In this document: piece after piece, positions 27,162 through 37,179 of the stretch | Layout of the letters: every line of letters begins with the position of its first letter | Numbering within the stretch: position 1 is the first letter of the stretch | Assembly: GCA_051439425.1 (NCBI GenBank) | Contig: JBFRWD010000140.1 | Span: 1-64,000 of the forward strand | Reading direction: 5' to 3' | From: Synechococcus sp. | GTDB taxonomy: Bacteria > Cyanobacteriota > Cyanobacteriia > Thermostichales > PCC-7336 | Length of the DNA stretch: 64,000 bases | Translations under genes and position numbers: made by a program | Notes under the pieces: model-generated | Told to the model about the DNA's origin: nothing | Database searches by the model: none | Seen by the model: the letters and a program-made list of their open reading frames with translations, nothing else

Positions 27162-27527
27162 TTAGTTCGCAGTCAATTTCTGGGTGAGGAGACGATCGGC
27201 GATCGCCATGGCGGCAGCAGAGCCTGTGATGGTGAGTAGGGTACTGAGCACGAGGGCGATGGTGATGGGAATCCACTCGGCAGAGAGGCGATCGAAATGA
27301 ACCATTACGCCCACCCCTGCAGGGATGAAGAGAAGGGACAGGTGGTTGAGTAGGGCGTTAGACGTGGTATCGAGAGCGATGGATACTCGACGCGAACAGA
27401 GCAAGGTCAGGAACAGCAATGTCATGCCTAGGACTGGGCCAGGAACAGGGAGGTGTAACAGATTGGTGGTCACTTCTCCCACCAGTTGATACACCAAAAG
27501 CGTAGAGACACCATTCAGAAATTTCAT
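27162..27527 (-). CDS. lrgA: CidA/LrgA family membrane protein
   Basis: LPVPGPVLGM and LSLLFIPAGVGV motifs. Confidence 0.93.
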   Translation of the reverse strand: MKFLNGVSTLLVYQLVGEVTTNLLHLPVPGPVLGMTLLFLTLLCSRRVSIALDTTSNALLNHLSLLFIPAGVGVMVHFDRLSAEWIPITIALVLSTLLTITGSAAAMAIADRLLTQKLTAN

Positions 27528-27697
27528 GTGCTTTTCTGTCTGTTAGGGGTTTGGGGAGATGTCGCCAGTGTAGGGGCGGGACGAGAGTGCTTTCTTACCT
27601 TAGAGTCCTTTTTGGGGACGGTCCGGGTATTTTGATTTGGAATATGCTGCGATTGCCCTTCAGTGGAAAACGTTCAAACATGGCAAGGCTCTAACTC

Positions 27698-27792
27698 TAG
27701 ACCAGTGACCCCATCACTGCGGACATTTCAGCGAAGGCAATCCCTGTCTGTATCTAGAGTTGAATGTCCTGACTGAAATGAAAAACGCAATA
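27698..27792 (-). repeat. dispersed repeat family A, copy 2 (95 bp)
   Basis: CAGTGACC..CACTGCGGACATTTCAGCGA...TGTCCTGACTGAAATG. Confidence 0.8.
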
Positions 27793-28212
27793 TTCCGGTG
27801 GATTTCACCGTTCGAGCAGCCGCTAAAGCACGATCGATATCAGTGCCGCCTGCTGCTGATATCGCCAAAGGAGAGTTCTCTGCTCAAGTGAGATTCATTC
27901 GCTCCATCTCTGGAAATGCTGCATAACAACTCCGCTTGGCACGAACGCTTCATTGTCTTTCTCATTTTTGCGACACTGCCCTGACTCGAGTGTTGCTGGC
28001 TCGATGAAGATGTAGGGATGGGTCCTCAAAAAACAAGAGGCAGATATGCCTTGGAGCCGCAGGTGAAGTCGCGAACGTTGAAATCGCGAAATCTGACAAA
28101 ACGTATCGATAATTTGACGATTGTTTACCGATTGGGAGAACGAACCACAAACAGAGTGGCTGTTGCATAGGGTATTGATATTGCTTGCCTGATGTTTCGA
28201 CTGGGTGTTCCT

Positions 28213-28878
28213 ATGTACACCTATGCTTTCCTCACCTGTCCCGAGCATACCCTGCATCTCCCCGCCGGAATTAACGGACGGTTGGAGCTTGTATATTGCG
28301 ACCGTATGGCTGCTTTGACGGAGCCTGACGCTGATTTCGAGCAGTTCCAGCAGGATGACGACAACTTAGTGCAAGCTGCACTGGCTCACGATCGCGTCAT
28401 GTGTGCTGTCTTTGAGCAGGTGCCCCTTATTCCCCTGCAATTTGGCACCTGTTTCCACTCGCACCAGCGACTAGTCGATCATTTAGCCAAACACCAAGAT
28501 ACCTATCTCAGCAAGCTCGATATGCTGGCAGACTGCGTAGAATACTGCTGTAAGCTGACTCTGCTTGATTCGCCCGACCCTTTGTCCGCCGATCGGCCAG
28601 CAGAACAAATTATGGTTTCAACTCTTCCACCTTCTAAGGCGCAATCTGTCGATGACAATAATCGGGTTCAGGCAGAGAAAGACGACATCCTAGCGCGAAT
28701 TGCTCAGACCTATCCCCGACTTGTCGCCCATACTCAGGGAGATACGGAGCGGGCTTATGTTCTGATTCAGCGGACTGAAGCGATCGAGCTGAAGGAGAAG
28801 GTGATGCGGTGGCGATCGCAATTGCACAATTGGACATTGGAATTGGGGCAGCCGCTGCCGCCGTATCATTTTGTTTAA
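28213..28878 (+). CDS. GvpL/GvpF family gas vesicle protein
   Basis: MYTYAF, AALAHDRV, LIPLQFGT, PLPPYHFV motifs. Confidence 0.85.
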   Translation: MYTYAFLTCPEHTLHLPAGINGRLELVYCDRMAALTEPDADFEQFQQDDDNLVQAALAHDRVMCAVFEQVPLIPLQFGTCFHSHQRLVDHLAKHQDTYLSKLDMLADCVEYCCKLTLLDSPDPLSADRPAEQIMVSTLPPSKAQSVDDNNRVQAEKDDILARIAQTYPRLVAHTQGDTERAYVLIQRTEAIELKEKVMRWRSQLHNWTLELGQPLPPYHFV

Positions 28879-28958
28879 GCAATAGCGCTACAGGCAAAGG
28901 AGTCTGTTCGAGGCATTCTGTCGAACTGTTTGCATACTACCTATTGCGATCGACGAAA

Positions 28959-30359
28959 TCAGCGAATAGCAGTTTTAAGCTGCTCCAGCATGACGTCCGC
29001 CCCGAATAAATTGGCACCTGTTAAATCGGCTCCAGATAGCTGAGCCCCCAACATTGTGGCGTCTTGAAAGTCACAGTCGCGCAAATTTGATGATTGTAAA
29101 CGAGCATTGGTGAGATTTGCTCGATAAAGTAAGGCCCCTTTTAAGTTAGCCCCTCTTAAATCGGCTCCTCTTAGATCTGCATCTCGCAAATCAGCCCCCT
29201 GCAAATCAGCACTATTTAAATCGCACCCCACCAGAGAAGCTGCTGACAAATTTGCCCCATTCAGGTTGGATGCATACAGGTTCGCTTGTCGTAAATAGGC
29301 TTCGCGTAGATCGCTATCTCGTAGGTTAATGGCCCGTAGATAAGCCCCGAACAGCAGGGCTTTCCGCATATCTAGATTGGGAAAGTCTCGCTCGCCTGAA
29401 CCGAACCGCTCTAATAATTCATCCGTTTTGGTTGAGATGCGACCGGTCTGGGAATTGGCGGGCATAACGATAGGAGACACCGGTTCGGGCAACTCCACGG
29501 GAGCATTAGAGCGAATGCTGCCATCTGGCATGACGGTATTACGAAAGGTGACTCCGTCTAAATTCGCCAGCCCAAGATTGGCTCCACTCAAGTTGGCGTT
29601 ACTCAGATCGGCTCCATTCAGATCCGCTCCTCCCAGATTCGCCCCCAGCAGCTTCGTGCCTTGCAAGGTGGCCAAACTAAGATCGGCCGCATTGAGATTG
29701 GCTTCAACCAACATGGCTTGGCTGAGATTGGCTCCGGTCAAAATAGCCCCAGTTAGGATAGCCCCAGTTAGATTCGCATCAATGAGATTGGCGTCTCCCA
29801 ATTTGGCTTCGGTCAAGTTTACGTAGGGGGCCGAGACCTTAACTAGGTTGGCCTGATATAAATCGGCTTCAGATAGGTTGGTTCGCTTTAATGTCGCTTC
29901 AGTGAAATTGGCCCCATTCGCATCGCTACGACGGAGGTTGGCCTTGTAGAGGTCTGCCTTTCGAAAGTCCGTTTCCCGTAGGTGGCATCCCTTTAAAAAG
30001 GTGTTAACCAGTAGAGCCTCGGAAAGGTTTGCACTGTATAGATTAGTCCCGGTTAACCGGGATCCGCTTAGATCGACCCCCTTTAGGTTGCCTGCCGATA
30101 GATCTACATCTTGAATGCGGGCGCGACGGATACGAGCTTGACTGAGATTGGCACGAGCAAGACTTGAGAGTTTGAACTCGGTTTTATATAAGTCTGATTC
30201 CGATAAATCGATGTCTTGTAGGTTGGACTGTGAAATCCTGCAGCGGATCAGAGATATTCCTGATAACGGAGCTTCACTCATATCGACGCGTTCGAAGGAC
30301 AGTTCCTCGAACTTTTTGCGAGAAGAGCCATAGATTTGCAAGAGTTCTTCGATTTCCAT
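28959..30359 (-). CDS. pentapeptide repeat protein (two tandem modules)
   Basis: Extensive A(D/N)LXX repeats; two N-cap segments (EELLQIYGSSRKKF, DELLERFGSGERDF). Confidence 0.92.
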   Translation of the reverse strand: MEIEELLQIYGSSRKKFEELSFERVDMSEAPLSGISLIRCRISQSNLQDIDLSESDLYKTEFKLSSLARANLSQARIRRARIQDVDLSAGNLKGVDLSGSRLTGTNLYSANLSEALLVNTFLKGCHLRETDFRKADLYKANLRRSDANGANFTEATLKRTNLSEADLYQANLVKVSAPYVNLTEAKLGDANLIDANLTGAILTGAILTGANLSQAMLVEANLNAADLSLATLQGTKLLGANLGGADLNGADLSNANLSGANLGLANLDGVTFRNTVMPDGSIRSNAPVELPEPVSPIVMPANSQTGRISTKTDELLERFGSGERDFPNLDMRKALLFGAYLRAINLRDSDLREAYLRQANLYASNLNGANLSAASLVGCDLNSADLQGADLRDADLRGADLRGANLKGALLYRANLTNARLQSSNLRDCDFQDATMLGAQLSGADLTGANLFGADVMLEQLKTAIR

Positions 30360-30626
30360 GAGGCTCTGGGCAGATGGTTATGCAGTGTGGGCTGAAGATG
30401 CCGGACCGGCTACTCAGAATGAACCCGACCTGGGACTCTGTCTAGCTACTGTACCCGCAAATGCGCCCTTGACTCACGCGCCAGTCAATTGTTGTGCGAG
30501 TTCAAATGGCAGTCACAGACTTAGTTTCAGAGCCTATGGCGGATTCATCTGAAAGTTTAATTTAAGGATTGGGGGAGTTTCAATACGGAGTCCAGAGGTC
30601 AACCCCAAGAATCGTGTTGGTTTTAC

Positions 30627-31787
30627 CTACGATGCCTCATTGGTAGATGCCAGAGTTGATAGGTGGCTGGCGGTGGCTTTGACCGATGCGATCGCGCGTT
30701 CGTAGGACATGCGGGTAGGGCCTAGCAAGCTGACGCTGCCCATTGCCACAGGACCGCAAGAATACCCGGCAGAGATTAACGTGCATTGGTGCATAGGTTC
30801 GAGGGGATTCTCGCTGCCGATGTAGAGCACCAGGCGATCGAGAGTGGTGGGTTCGATGACGGGCCACAGCTCCGCTTGATTTTGCTCCAGGAGTTGCACG
30901 ACATCCTGGATCTGTTCGGTTTGGGCAAACTCGGGCTGCCGTAGGAGTCCGGTCATGCCCCCGACAAATACCTGGCCAATGGTGGGGCGGAGGTAATTTT
31001 GTTTGATCGTGCCTAGCAAGTGCTTCAGCCAGTCCCCATAATCGCGAAACTGGCGGTCCATCTGCTGCCAATCGATGTTGAGAATATCGAAAAAGGTCTT
31101 GCCCTTTAATTCCAAATTGAGGAAGTTATTCAGCAGTTGGAGTTCCTGTTCCAATTGCTCTCGATCTCGCTCCCCAAGAGATGAGACACGAGTGGTTGAG
31201 CTGCTTGCGTTTGGATCGTGCTTCGCAGCCGGTGGCTCTGCGGCTGCTTGCGAGGTTAGGCCGTTGGCATCTCCACCAAGATTGAGCAGAACTGAATGAG
31301 TTTGGTAGGAGTCTGTCACCAGAATGGCCATCACCCGATCGCTTTCCACCGGCACCAGTTGCAAATGTCGGATGGTGGTGCTGTCGGTGGGAGGCGCGGT
31401 GATGAGGGCGATGCACCCGCTCAGGGATGCCAGGATTTGGGTGGCTTGGTGGAGCAGGCGATCGAGGTCTTCTTGCAGTTGGGGTCCCAATTGTTCGGAG
31501 AGGGTGTCGAGAAGCTGGCGTTGCAGATCTTTTGGCTCGTCAATCAGGTTGTCGACGTAAACGCGATAGCCGGAGTCGGAGGGAACTCGACCTGCAGATG
31601 TATGGGGTTGATAGAGCAATCCGGTGCGATCGAGGATGGCCATCACGTTGCGGATTGTGGCAGTACTGATTCCGAGGTCGTAGGACTGGGAGAGGGTTTT
31701 TGAGCCCACTGGTTCGGCCGTTGCAATGTAGCTGCGAACGGTTGCTTTCAAAATTTGTTGTTGGCGGGAGGTTAAATCGATATGCAT
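30627..31787 (-). CDS. hrcA: heat-inducible transcription repressor HrcA
   Basis: LTSRQQQILKATVRSYIATAEPVGSK, QPHTSAGRVPSDSGYRVYVD, LGPTRM motifs. Confidence 0.95.
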   Translation of the reverse strand: MHIDLTSRQQQILKATVRSYIATAEPVGSKTLSQSYDLGISTATIRNVMAILDRTGLLYQPHTSAGRVPSDSGYRVYVDNLIDEPKDLQRQLLDTLSEQLGPQLQEDLDRLLHQATQILASLSGCIALITAPPTDSTTIRHLQLVPVESDRVMAILVTDSYQTHSVLLNLGGDANGLTSQAAAEPPAAKHDPNASSSTTRVSSLGERDREQLEQELQLLNNFLNLELKGKTFFDILNIDWQQMDRQFRDYGDWLKHLLGTIKQNYLRPTIGQVFVGGMTGLLRQPEFAQTEQIQDVVQLLEQNQAELWPVIEPTTLDRLVLYIGSENPLEPMHQCTLISAGYSCGPVAMGSVSLLGPTRMSYERAIASVKATASHLSTLASTNEAS

Positions 31788-32223
31788 GAGATCGCATCAC
31801 CACGGGATCGCTGTGCAATTGCCGCCACCTCTCGAACGTTAGCGCTCGCCACTAGGCTAGCGACGAGCGGTTCGAAGATTGCTAACTCTTGGGGAAGACC
31901 TCTGGCAAGGGTTGGGTGCGAGCATGATGGAGCGCGAACCGCGAGCCATCTAAATGCCATCCAGAGTAGCGCAGCCGTTTCTTTGTTTACCAGTGTTTAG
32001 CGGAAAGGGAGCGCTCGTCTGTTCTTATCGAACAGTTCCCTCTTCGCTCTACCAGGCGATCCATTTGCAAAGGAGTGCATGGAAACAATGGCTAGTGAGT
32101 GGCAGAACCCCTCGGATGGTGCAATTGGATCTCACTGTAGTCGATAGGGTCGCGGTTGCGGCAGATTGCCGAGTAGGATCGAGTCACGATGTCACTCTTA
32201 CCTAGGCTCCATTCACTGTGTCC

Positions 32224-32583
32224 ATGCGCATTTTTCTGAAGTCCAAATTGCACAAAGCAACCGTTACGGAAGCAGATGTCCAGTACACGGGATCGATCTC
32301 CATCGATCGCGATCTCATGGATGCAGCGGAGCTATCGGAATACGAAAAAGTGCTGGTGGTGGATAACACCAATGGCAATCGGTTGGAGACTTATGTCATC
32401 GAAGGAGAACGTGGGTCTGGCACCATTTGCATGAATGGCGCAGCCGCCCATTTGGTGCAAGAGGGGGACGAGGTGACCATCATGTCCTTTCATTTGCAGG
32501 AGCACCCTACTCCTCCAAAGAAGCTGTTGCTGGGGGCTGGGAATGCGATTGTTCGGGATTTGATGGCGCTTGAAGTGGGATAA
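32224..32583 (+). CDS. panD: aspartate 1-decarboxylase
   Basis: [11 protein letters not shown]...YTGSISID (G-S cleavage site), [13 protein letters not shown]. Confidence 0.95.
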   Translation: MRIFLKSKLHKATVTEADVQYTGSISIDRDLMDAAELSEYEKVLVVDNTNGNRLETYVIEGERGSGTICMNGAAAHLVQEGDEVTIMSFHLQEHPTPPKKLLLGAGNAIVRDLMALEVG

Positions 32584-32659
32584 AGAGTTGTCTAGAAAAA
32601 AGAGTTGTCTGCAATAAAGAGTTACGCAGATCGTGAGTCTTGCGCAAATCGTGAGTCCC
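32581..32659 (+). repeat. short intergenic direct repeats
   Basis: AAAGAGTTGTCT x2 plus a partial copy, then CGCARATCGTGAGTC x2, between convergent panD and ppk1. Confidence 0.55.
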
Positions 32660-32699
32660 GATCGGACGCCCGATAGTCTACTTGCGTATCCGGTCGACC

Positions 32700-35165
32700 T
32701 TACTGAATCACTTGGGAATACTTCTCCATCAATACTCGATGGGTACCGCGAGGAGCTTCCCCTTCACCCGGCTGTCGCTGAATATAGGTGCCGTCAGGCT
32801 GTAGTTCCCAAGCTTGGCGATTATCCGCCAGCATGATGTTCAACAACTCTGTTAGCTCGCCCTGTAAAGTTGGATCGGTAATGGGCGTCACGGCCTCTAC
32901 CCGGCGGCTGAGATTGCGTCTCATCCAATCGGCACTACCCAAATAGAATTCTTCCTCTCCCCCATTACCAAAATAGAAAATTCGAGAGTGTTCCAAAAAT
33001 CGCCCGATGACACTAATGACTCGAATGCTCTCACTCATCCCCGGAATTCCTGGTTTTAGGCAGCACATTCCCCGCACAATCAAATCAATTTCAACTCCCA
33101 ACCGACCGGCTTCGTAAAGCAGTGAAATAATCAGGGGATCGACAAGCGAATTGACCTTAGCGATGATTCTGCCTTTCTGCCCCAGTCCAGTCTCGTTAAA
33201 GCGTTTTTGGTGGGCAGCTTCGCGGCGAATCATTTCTGTCATGCGCGATCGCAGCGTGATGGGAGCCACCAGCAGCTTGTTAAAGGACTTTTGACGCGAG
33301 TAGCCGGTGAGGTAGTTAAATAGGTCGGTAATATCTGCTCCCAACTCTTCATCGCAGGTGAGCAGTCCTAGATCGGTGTAAAGTTTGGCAGTCTTTGGAT
33401 TGTAGTTGCCGGTGCCGATGTGGACGTAGGTACGTAGGCGATCATTCTCGCGCCGGACAACCAGGGCGAGCTTGGTGTGGGTTTTGAGGCCGACCAGACC
33501 GTAGACCACGTGAACGCCGGATTGTTCCAGCCGCTTGGCCCAGTGAATGTTATTTTCCTCGTCAAATCGGGCCTTGAGTTCTACCAGTACGGCCACTTGT
33601 TTGCCTTTTTCGGCGGCTTCGATTAGTGCGCGGATGACGGGGGAATCCCCAGAGGTGCGATACAGCGTTTGTTTGATGCTGACGACGTCGGGATCGGAAG
33701 AGGCAGACTTGATGAAGTGGAGGACGCTGGCGTTGAAAGACTCGTAAGGATGATGCAGCAGGATATCACCTTTTTGAATTTCTTCGAAGATGCCGATCGG
33801 GCTCTCCGAGTCCGCAGATTGCAAGCGGGCAGGAATACTCGCCGACCACGACATGTCTTTCAGTTCGGGAACATCTAGGCTTGCCAGGGCAAAGAGTCGG
33901 TCTAGGCCGATCAGACCATCAATTTTATAGATAGACCCTTTATCTAATTCCAACTGGCGCTGCAGCTTGTTGACGATATTGTCCGGGGTGCGGGAGGCAA
34001 TCTCCATACGCACTGCCGAGCCCCCCAGCCGACGCTTGAGCAACTCTTTTTCGATCGCCTGTAGCAGGTCAGATGCTTCCTCTTCTTCAATCTCTAAATC
34101 GGCGTTTCGGGTGACTCGGAAGGGGTAGTACTCCCGAATTTCCATCCCCTTAAACAATGGTGCTAGGTTATGACCGATCGCGTCTTCTAGCGACACAAAG
34201 GAATGCTCGTCCCCCACCTGGATAAACCGGGGCAAGCTGCTAGGGATTTTGACACGGGCAAAGTGTTCTTGCCGATCTTCGGGGTCATAGATTGTGACCG
34301 CTAAGTTGAGACTGAGGTTAGAGATGTAGGGGAAGGGGTGGCCAGGATCGACGGCCAGAGGGGTGAGGACGGGGAAAATATGGAGATCGAAGTAATCTTT
34401 GAGGTAATCCCGTTGGGTGGAGGTGAGGTCGGAATAGTAGAGCAGATGGATGTCGTGCTTGGCCAGTTCGGGAAGCAATAGCTCGTTAAGGCATTTATAT
34501 TGCTTGGTCACTAGGGGGCGGACGGCTTCGCTGATTTTCTTAAGTTGTTCGGTGGGGGTGAGACCATCGGGGGTACGGGAGGTGACGTAGGCCGCAATCT
34601 GCTGCTTTACGGCTGCCACGCGCACCATGAAAAATTCGTCCAGATTACTGGAGAAGATGGCCAGAAACTTCAGCCGTTCCAACAGTGGGGTGCGTTGGTC
34701 TAGGGCTTCGTGCAAAACGCGGGCGTTGAACTCAATCCAAGTCAGTTCGCGGTTGAGGTAATGTTTGGGAGCTTCTCGTTCAACAGGACCGGTCACTGGG
34801 TCGAGTGGAGGAAGGGGAGTCGCTTGACGAGTGCGAAGGGTACGGCTGGTGCTGGTACCGTTTTTGCTACGGCTACTGCGGGTGGTTTTCGAGCTGGCTT
34901 TGCGCTGGGTTGTCTTGTGTTGGGTTGTCTGGTCCTGAGTAGCACTGCTGCGAGTCGTATTGCTACTTGTCTTACGGGTAGTTTTTCGGGTGGTTGATTT
35001 GGAGGTGTTGGATCTGGAGGTATTCGATTTGGAGGTATTCGAGCGCGCCGTGTTGGATCTCGTAGAAGACTTGGGGGATTCTCGATCAGTTGGGGTGATG
35101 CCGTTGGGACTTGAGTTGGTTTGAGGAGAGGGGTCAGCGGGGGTGTTGCTGGAAGAGGCAGTCAT
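32700..35165 (-). CDS. ppk1: polyphosphate kinase 1 with long N-terminal S/T/K/R-rich extension
   Basis: YLNRELTWIEFNARVL, SNLDEFFMVRVA, LLHHPYESF, ARFDEENNI, GRFLEHSR motifs. Start uncertain (35165-35264). Confidence 0.95.
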   Translation of the reverse strand: MTASSSNTPADPSPQTNSSPNGITPTDRESPKSSTRSNTARSNTSKSNTSRSNTSKSTTRKTTRKTSSNTTRSSATQDQTTQHKTTQRKASSKTTRSSRSKNGTSTSRTLRTRQATPLPPLDPVTGPVEREAPKHYLNRELTWIEFNARVLHEALDQRTPLLERLKFLAIFSSNLDEFFMVRVAAVKQQIAAYVTSRTPDGLTPTEQLKKISEAVRPLVTKQYKCLNELLLPELAKHDIHLLYYSDLTSTQRDYLKDYFDLHIFPVLTPLAVDPGHPFPYISNLSLNLAVTIYDPEDRQEHFARVKIPSSLPRFIQVGDEHSFVSLEDAIGHNLAPLFKGMEIREYYPFRVTRNADLEIEEEEASDLLQAIEKELLKRRLGGSAVRMEIASRTPDNIVNKLQRQLELDKGSIYKIDGLIGLDRLFALASLDVPELKDMSWSASIPARLQSADSESPIGIFEEIQKGDILLHHPYESFNASVLHFIKSASSDPDVVSIKQTLYRTSGDSPVIRALIEAAEKGKQVAVLVELKARFDEENNIHWAKRLEQSGVHVVYGLVGLKTHTKLALVVRRENDRLRTYVHIGTGNYNPKTAKLYTDLGLLTCDEELGADITDLFNYLTGYSRQKSFNKLLVAPITLRSRMTEMIRREAAHQKRFNETGLGQKGRIIAKVNSLVDPLIISLLYEAGRLGVEIDLIVRGMCCLKPGIPGMSESIRVISVIGRFLEHSRIFYFGNGGEEEFYLGSADWMRRNLSRRVEAVTPITDPTLQGELTELLNIMLADNRQAWELQPDGTYIQRQPGEGEAPRGTHRVLMEKYSQVIQ
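34996..35060. repeat. 15-bp tandem repeat within ppk1 (encodes SNTSK/SNTSR)
   Basis: GATTTGGAGGTGTTG GATCTGGAGGTATTC GATTTGGAGGTATTC GAGCGCGCCGTGTTG GATCT. Confidence 0.8.
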
Positions 35166-35428
35166 GGTTGGCAACGGTTGAGGAATGGAGGTGATTTGAT
35201 GCTGGATCTCCATTCTTACCCACGTCGACGGTTCTGTATGTGGTTTGTCCATCAACAAAGACAACGACTGAACTGCTTGGTTCTCAACTCCTGCGATCGC
35301 GTTGATGTTTATGACGATTTTTGGGATAGCCTTGATGTCCCAGGTTGAATAGTTCTCAAGGGCAATATCCCTAGCCGTTTGCTATCACCGGCAATCTTGC
35401 TAAATGCCAATTTCCCGAGCACGACATT

Positions 35429-36403
35429 GTGAGCACTCCCGATCAGAATTCTGCTGAGTCTAACTCTGCGGCCGAACTGCCACCGATACCGGGTTTGTTA
35501 CCCAAAGCACCGAAAGGGTTCCGGTCTGGGTTTGCCGCTTTAGTGGGTCGCCCCAATGTGGGCAAGTCAACCATTCTTAACGGGCTAGTCGGCCAAAAAA
35601 TTGCGATTACCTCTCCGATCGCCCAAACCACTCGTAACCGCTTGCAGGGAATTCTCACCCTACCGATGGCCCAAATCGTACTGGTAGACACTCCCGGCAT
35701 TCACAAACCCCATCATCGCTTGGGGGAGGCGTTGGTCAACACCGCTCGCAGCGCATTGAATTCTGTAGATGTGGTCATTCTGGTGGTAGATGGCTCGGAA
35801 ATGTCAGGAAAGGGCGATCGATTCATTGCCAATTGGCTGTCTCCTGACCTTCCCGTCATTCTCTGTCGTAACAAGCAGGATTTGCTGCCAGCAGAGAAGG
35901 GTAAACGGAAGGCGATTGCAGCCTCCTATAAGGAGATGCTGCCGCAGGCCAAAGATGTCAGTATCTCCGCGCTAAATAAAAACAGCCTGGAGCCACTGTT
36001 GGGGGCTATTGCCTCATCGCTACCGCAAGGACCGTATTACTATCCCCCCGACTTGGTCACCGATCGCCCCGAGCGTTTCATCATGGGGGAATTGATTCGG
36101 GAGCAGATTTTGCACCACACTCGCAACGAAGTACCTCACTCGGTTGCTATCACGATCGATCGTGTGGAAGAAAGCCCAAAAATTACTCGCATTTTGGCTA
36201 CAGCGATTGTGGAGCGGGATTCGCAAAAGGGCATTCTGATTGGTAAGGGGGGGCAAATGCTGAAAACCATCGGCAGCGGAGCCCGTCAACAAATTCAGAA
36301 GTTGATTGTTGGAAAGGTCTACTTGGAACTGTTTGTAAAAGTTCGACCCAAGTGGAGGCAGTCCGCCGGACTTCTGGCTGAATTAGGGTATACCGAGGAG
36401 TAG
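35429..36403 (+). CDS. era: GTPase Era
   Basis: GRPNVGKST, QTTR, DTPG, NKQD; KH domain SQKGILIGKGG. Confidence 0.96.
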   Translation: MSTPDQNSAESNSAAELPPIPGLLPKAPKGFRSGFAALVGRPNVGKSTILNGLVGQKIAITSPIAQTTRNRLQGILTLPMAQIVLVDTPGIHKPHHRLGEALVNTARSALNSVDVVILVVDGSEMSGKGDRFIANWLSPDLPVILCRNKQDLLPAEKGKRKAIAASYKEMLPQAKDVSISALNKNSLEPLLGAIASSLPQGPYYYPPDLVTDRPERFIMGELIREQILHHTRNEVPHSVAITIDRVEESPKITRILATAIVERDSQKGILIGKGGQMLKTIGSGARQQIQKLIVGKVYLELFVKVRPKWRQSAGLLAELGYTEE

Positions 36404-36665
36404 TGTCTCATGGCGGCGCAACTAGGTCTTCAGCTATTTCTATTATCGATTGTATTTTTCAAAACCCTCTCTGTTTTTGGGGAATAGGAAGAGAAAATCA
36501 GCGATCGACGCACTACAGGATGCTTTTAAGACAGCAATCCTTAATGGTTGACAGCAAGCCCCAGCAAGCAATTCGATCGCATTAGAAATGGCAAAAAGAA
36601 ATATTGCCAGTGGGAATAGAACAATCTTTTCTTTAGACTCGTTGTGAAATTTATGGCGTAGATCG

Positions 36666-36760
36666 TATAGCAGTGACCATACCACTGCGGACATTTCAGC
36701 GATGTCCAGCCCTGACTTAAATTGAATACATTTGTCCTAACTGAGATGGCAAACACTATG
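36666..36760 (-). repeat. dispersed repeat family A, copy 3 (95 bp)
   Basis: TATAGCAGTGACCATACCACTGCGGACATTTCAGCGATGTCC...TGTCCTAACTGAGATGGCAAACACTATG. Confidence 0.85.
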
Positions 36761-37179
36761 ATTTTCCAAAGGCGAAATTACATTGCGCCAGAAAAGAAAA
36801 TATATTTTATCTAAATTTACAATCAAAATCAAAATATTAGATGAGCTTTTCAGACTTTCTTGATGCTTTCATTCATGGCGTTTAATACCTTTAATTTGAT
36901 GCATTGTAAAAATAATCCCCGGTAGCTTGGAGCCATAATCCCCATGACTAGTTCGCACAATCATCTATAGCTACTGGAACTATTACAATTACAATAAGCG
37001 TCGAAGATTGAATGGCGGGTATCTAACGTGAAACTGCTGAACTCGAAAGTATTTTGGGAAATCGTCGGCTGGTGTTTGGTCTTGGGTGTGTTCTTATCAC
37101 TTTCTGGTCTACACCTGCCTACCTAAAGCCGCGATCGCTGCCGTACTTGTCTTTTCCCCACTCGCCTTTCGCCCTACTC

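Noticed and set aside
27560..27660. degenerate extra family B copy upstream of lrgA
   Set aside because: Only short patches match (GAGTGCTT, TAGAGTCCTT); not enough by eye
27895..28257. 120-aa minus-strand ORF and other short or overlapping ORFs in the track (e.g. 1201-1797, 17656-18210, 26309-26851, 36443-36694, 59092-59379)
   Set aside because: Shadow or antisense frames of well-supported genes, or frames crossing repeats, with no recognisable motifs
31839..31865. CIRCE element upstream of hrcA
   Set aside because: Only one half-site-like TTAGCGCTC; no GAGTGCTAA at the 9-bp spacing
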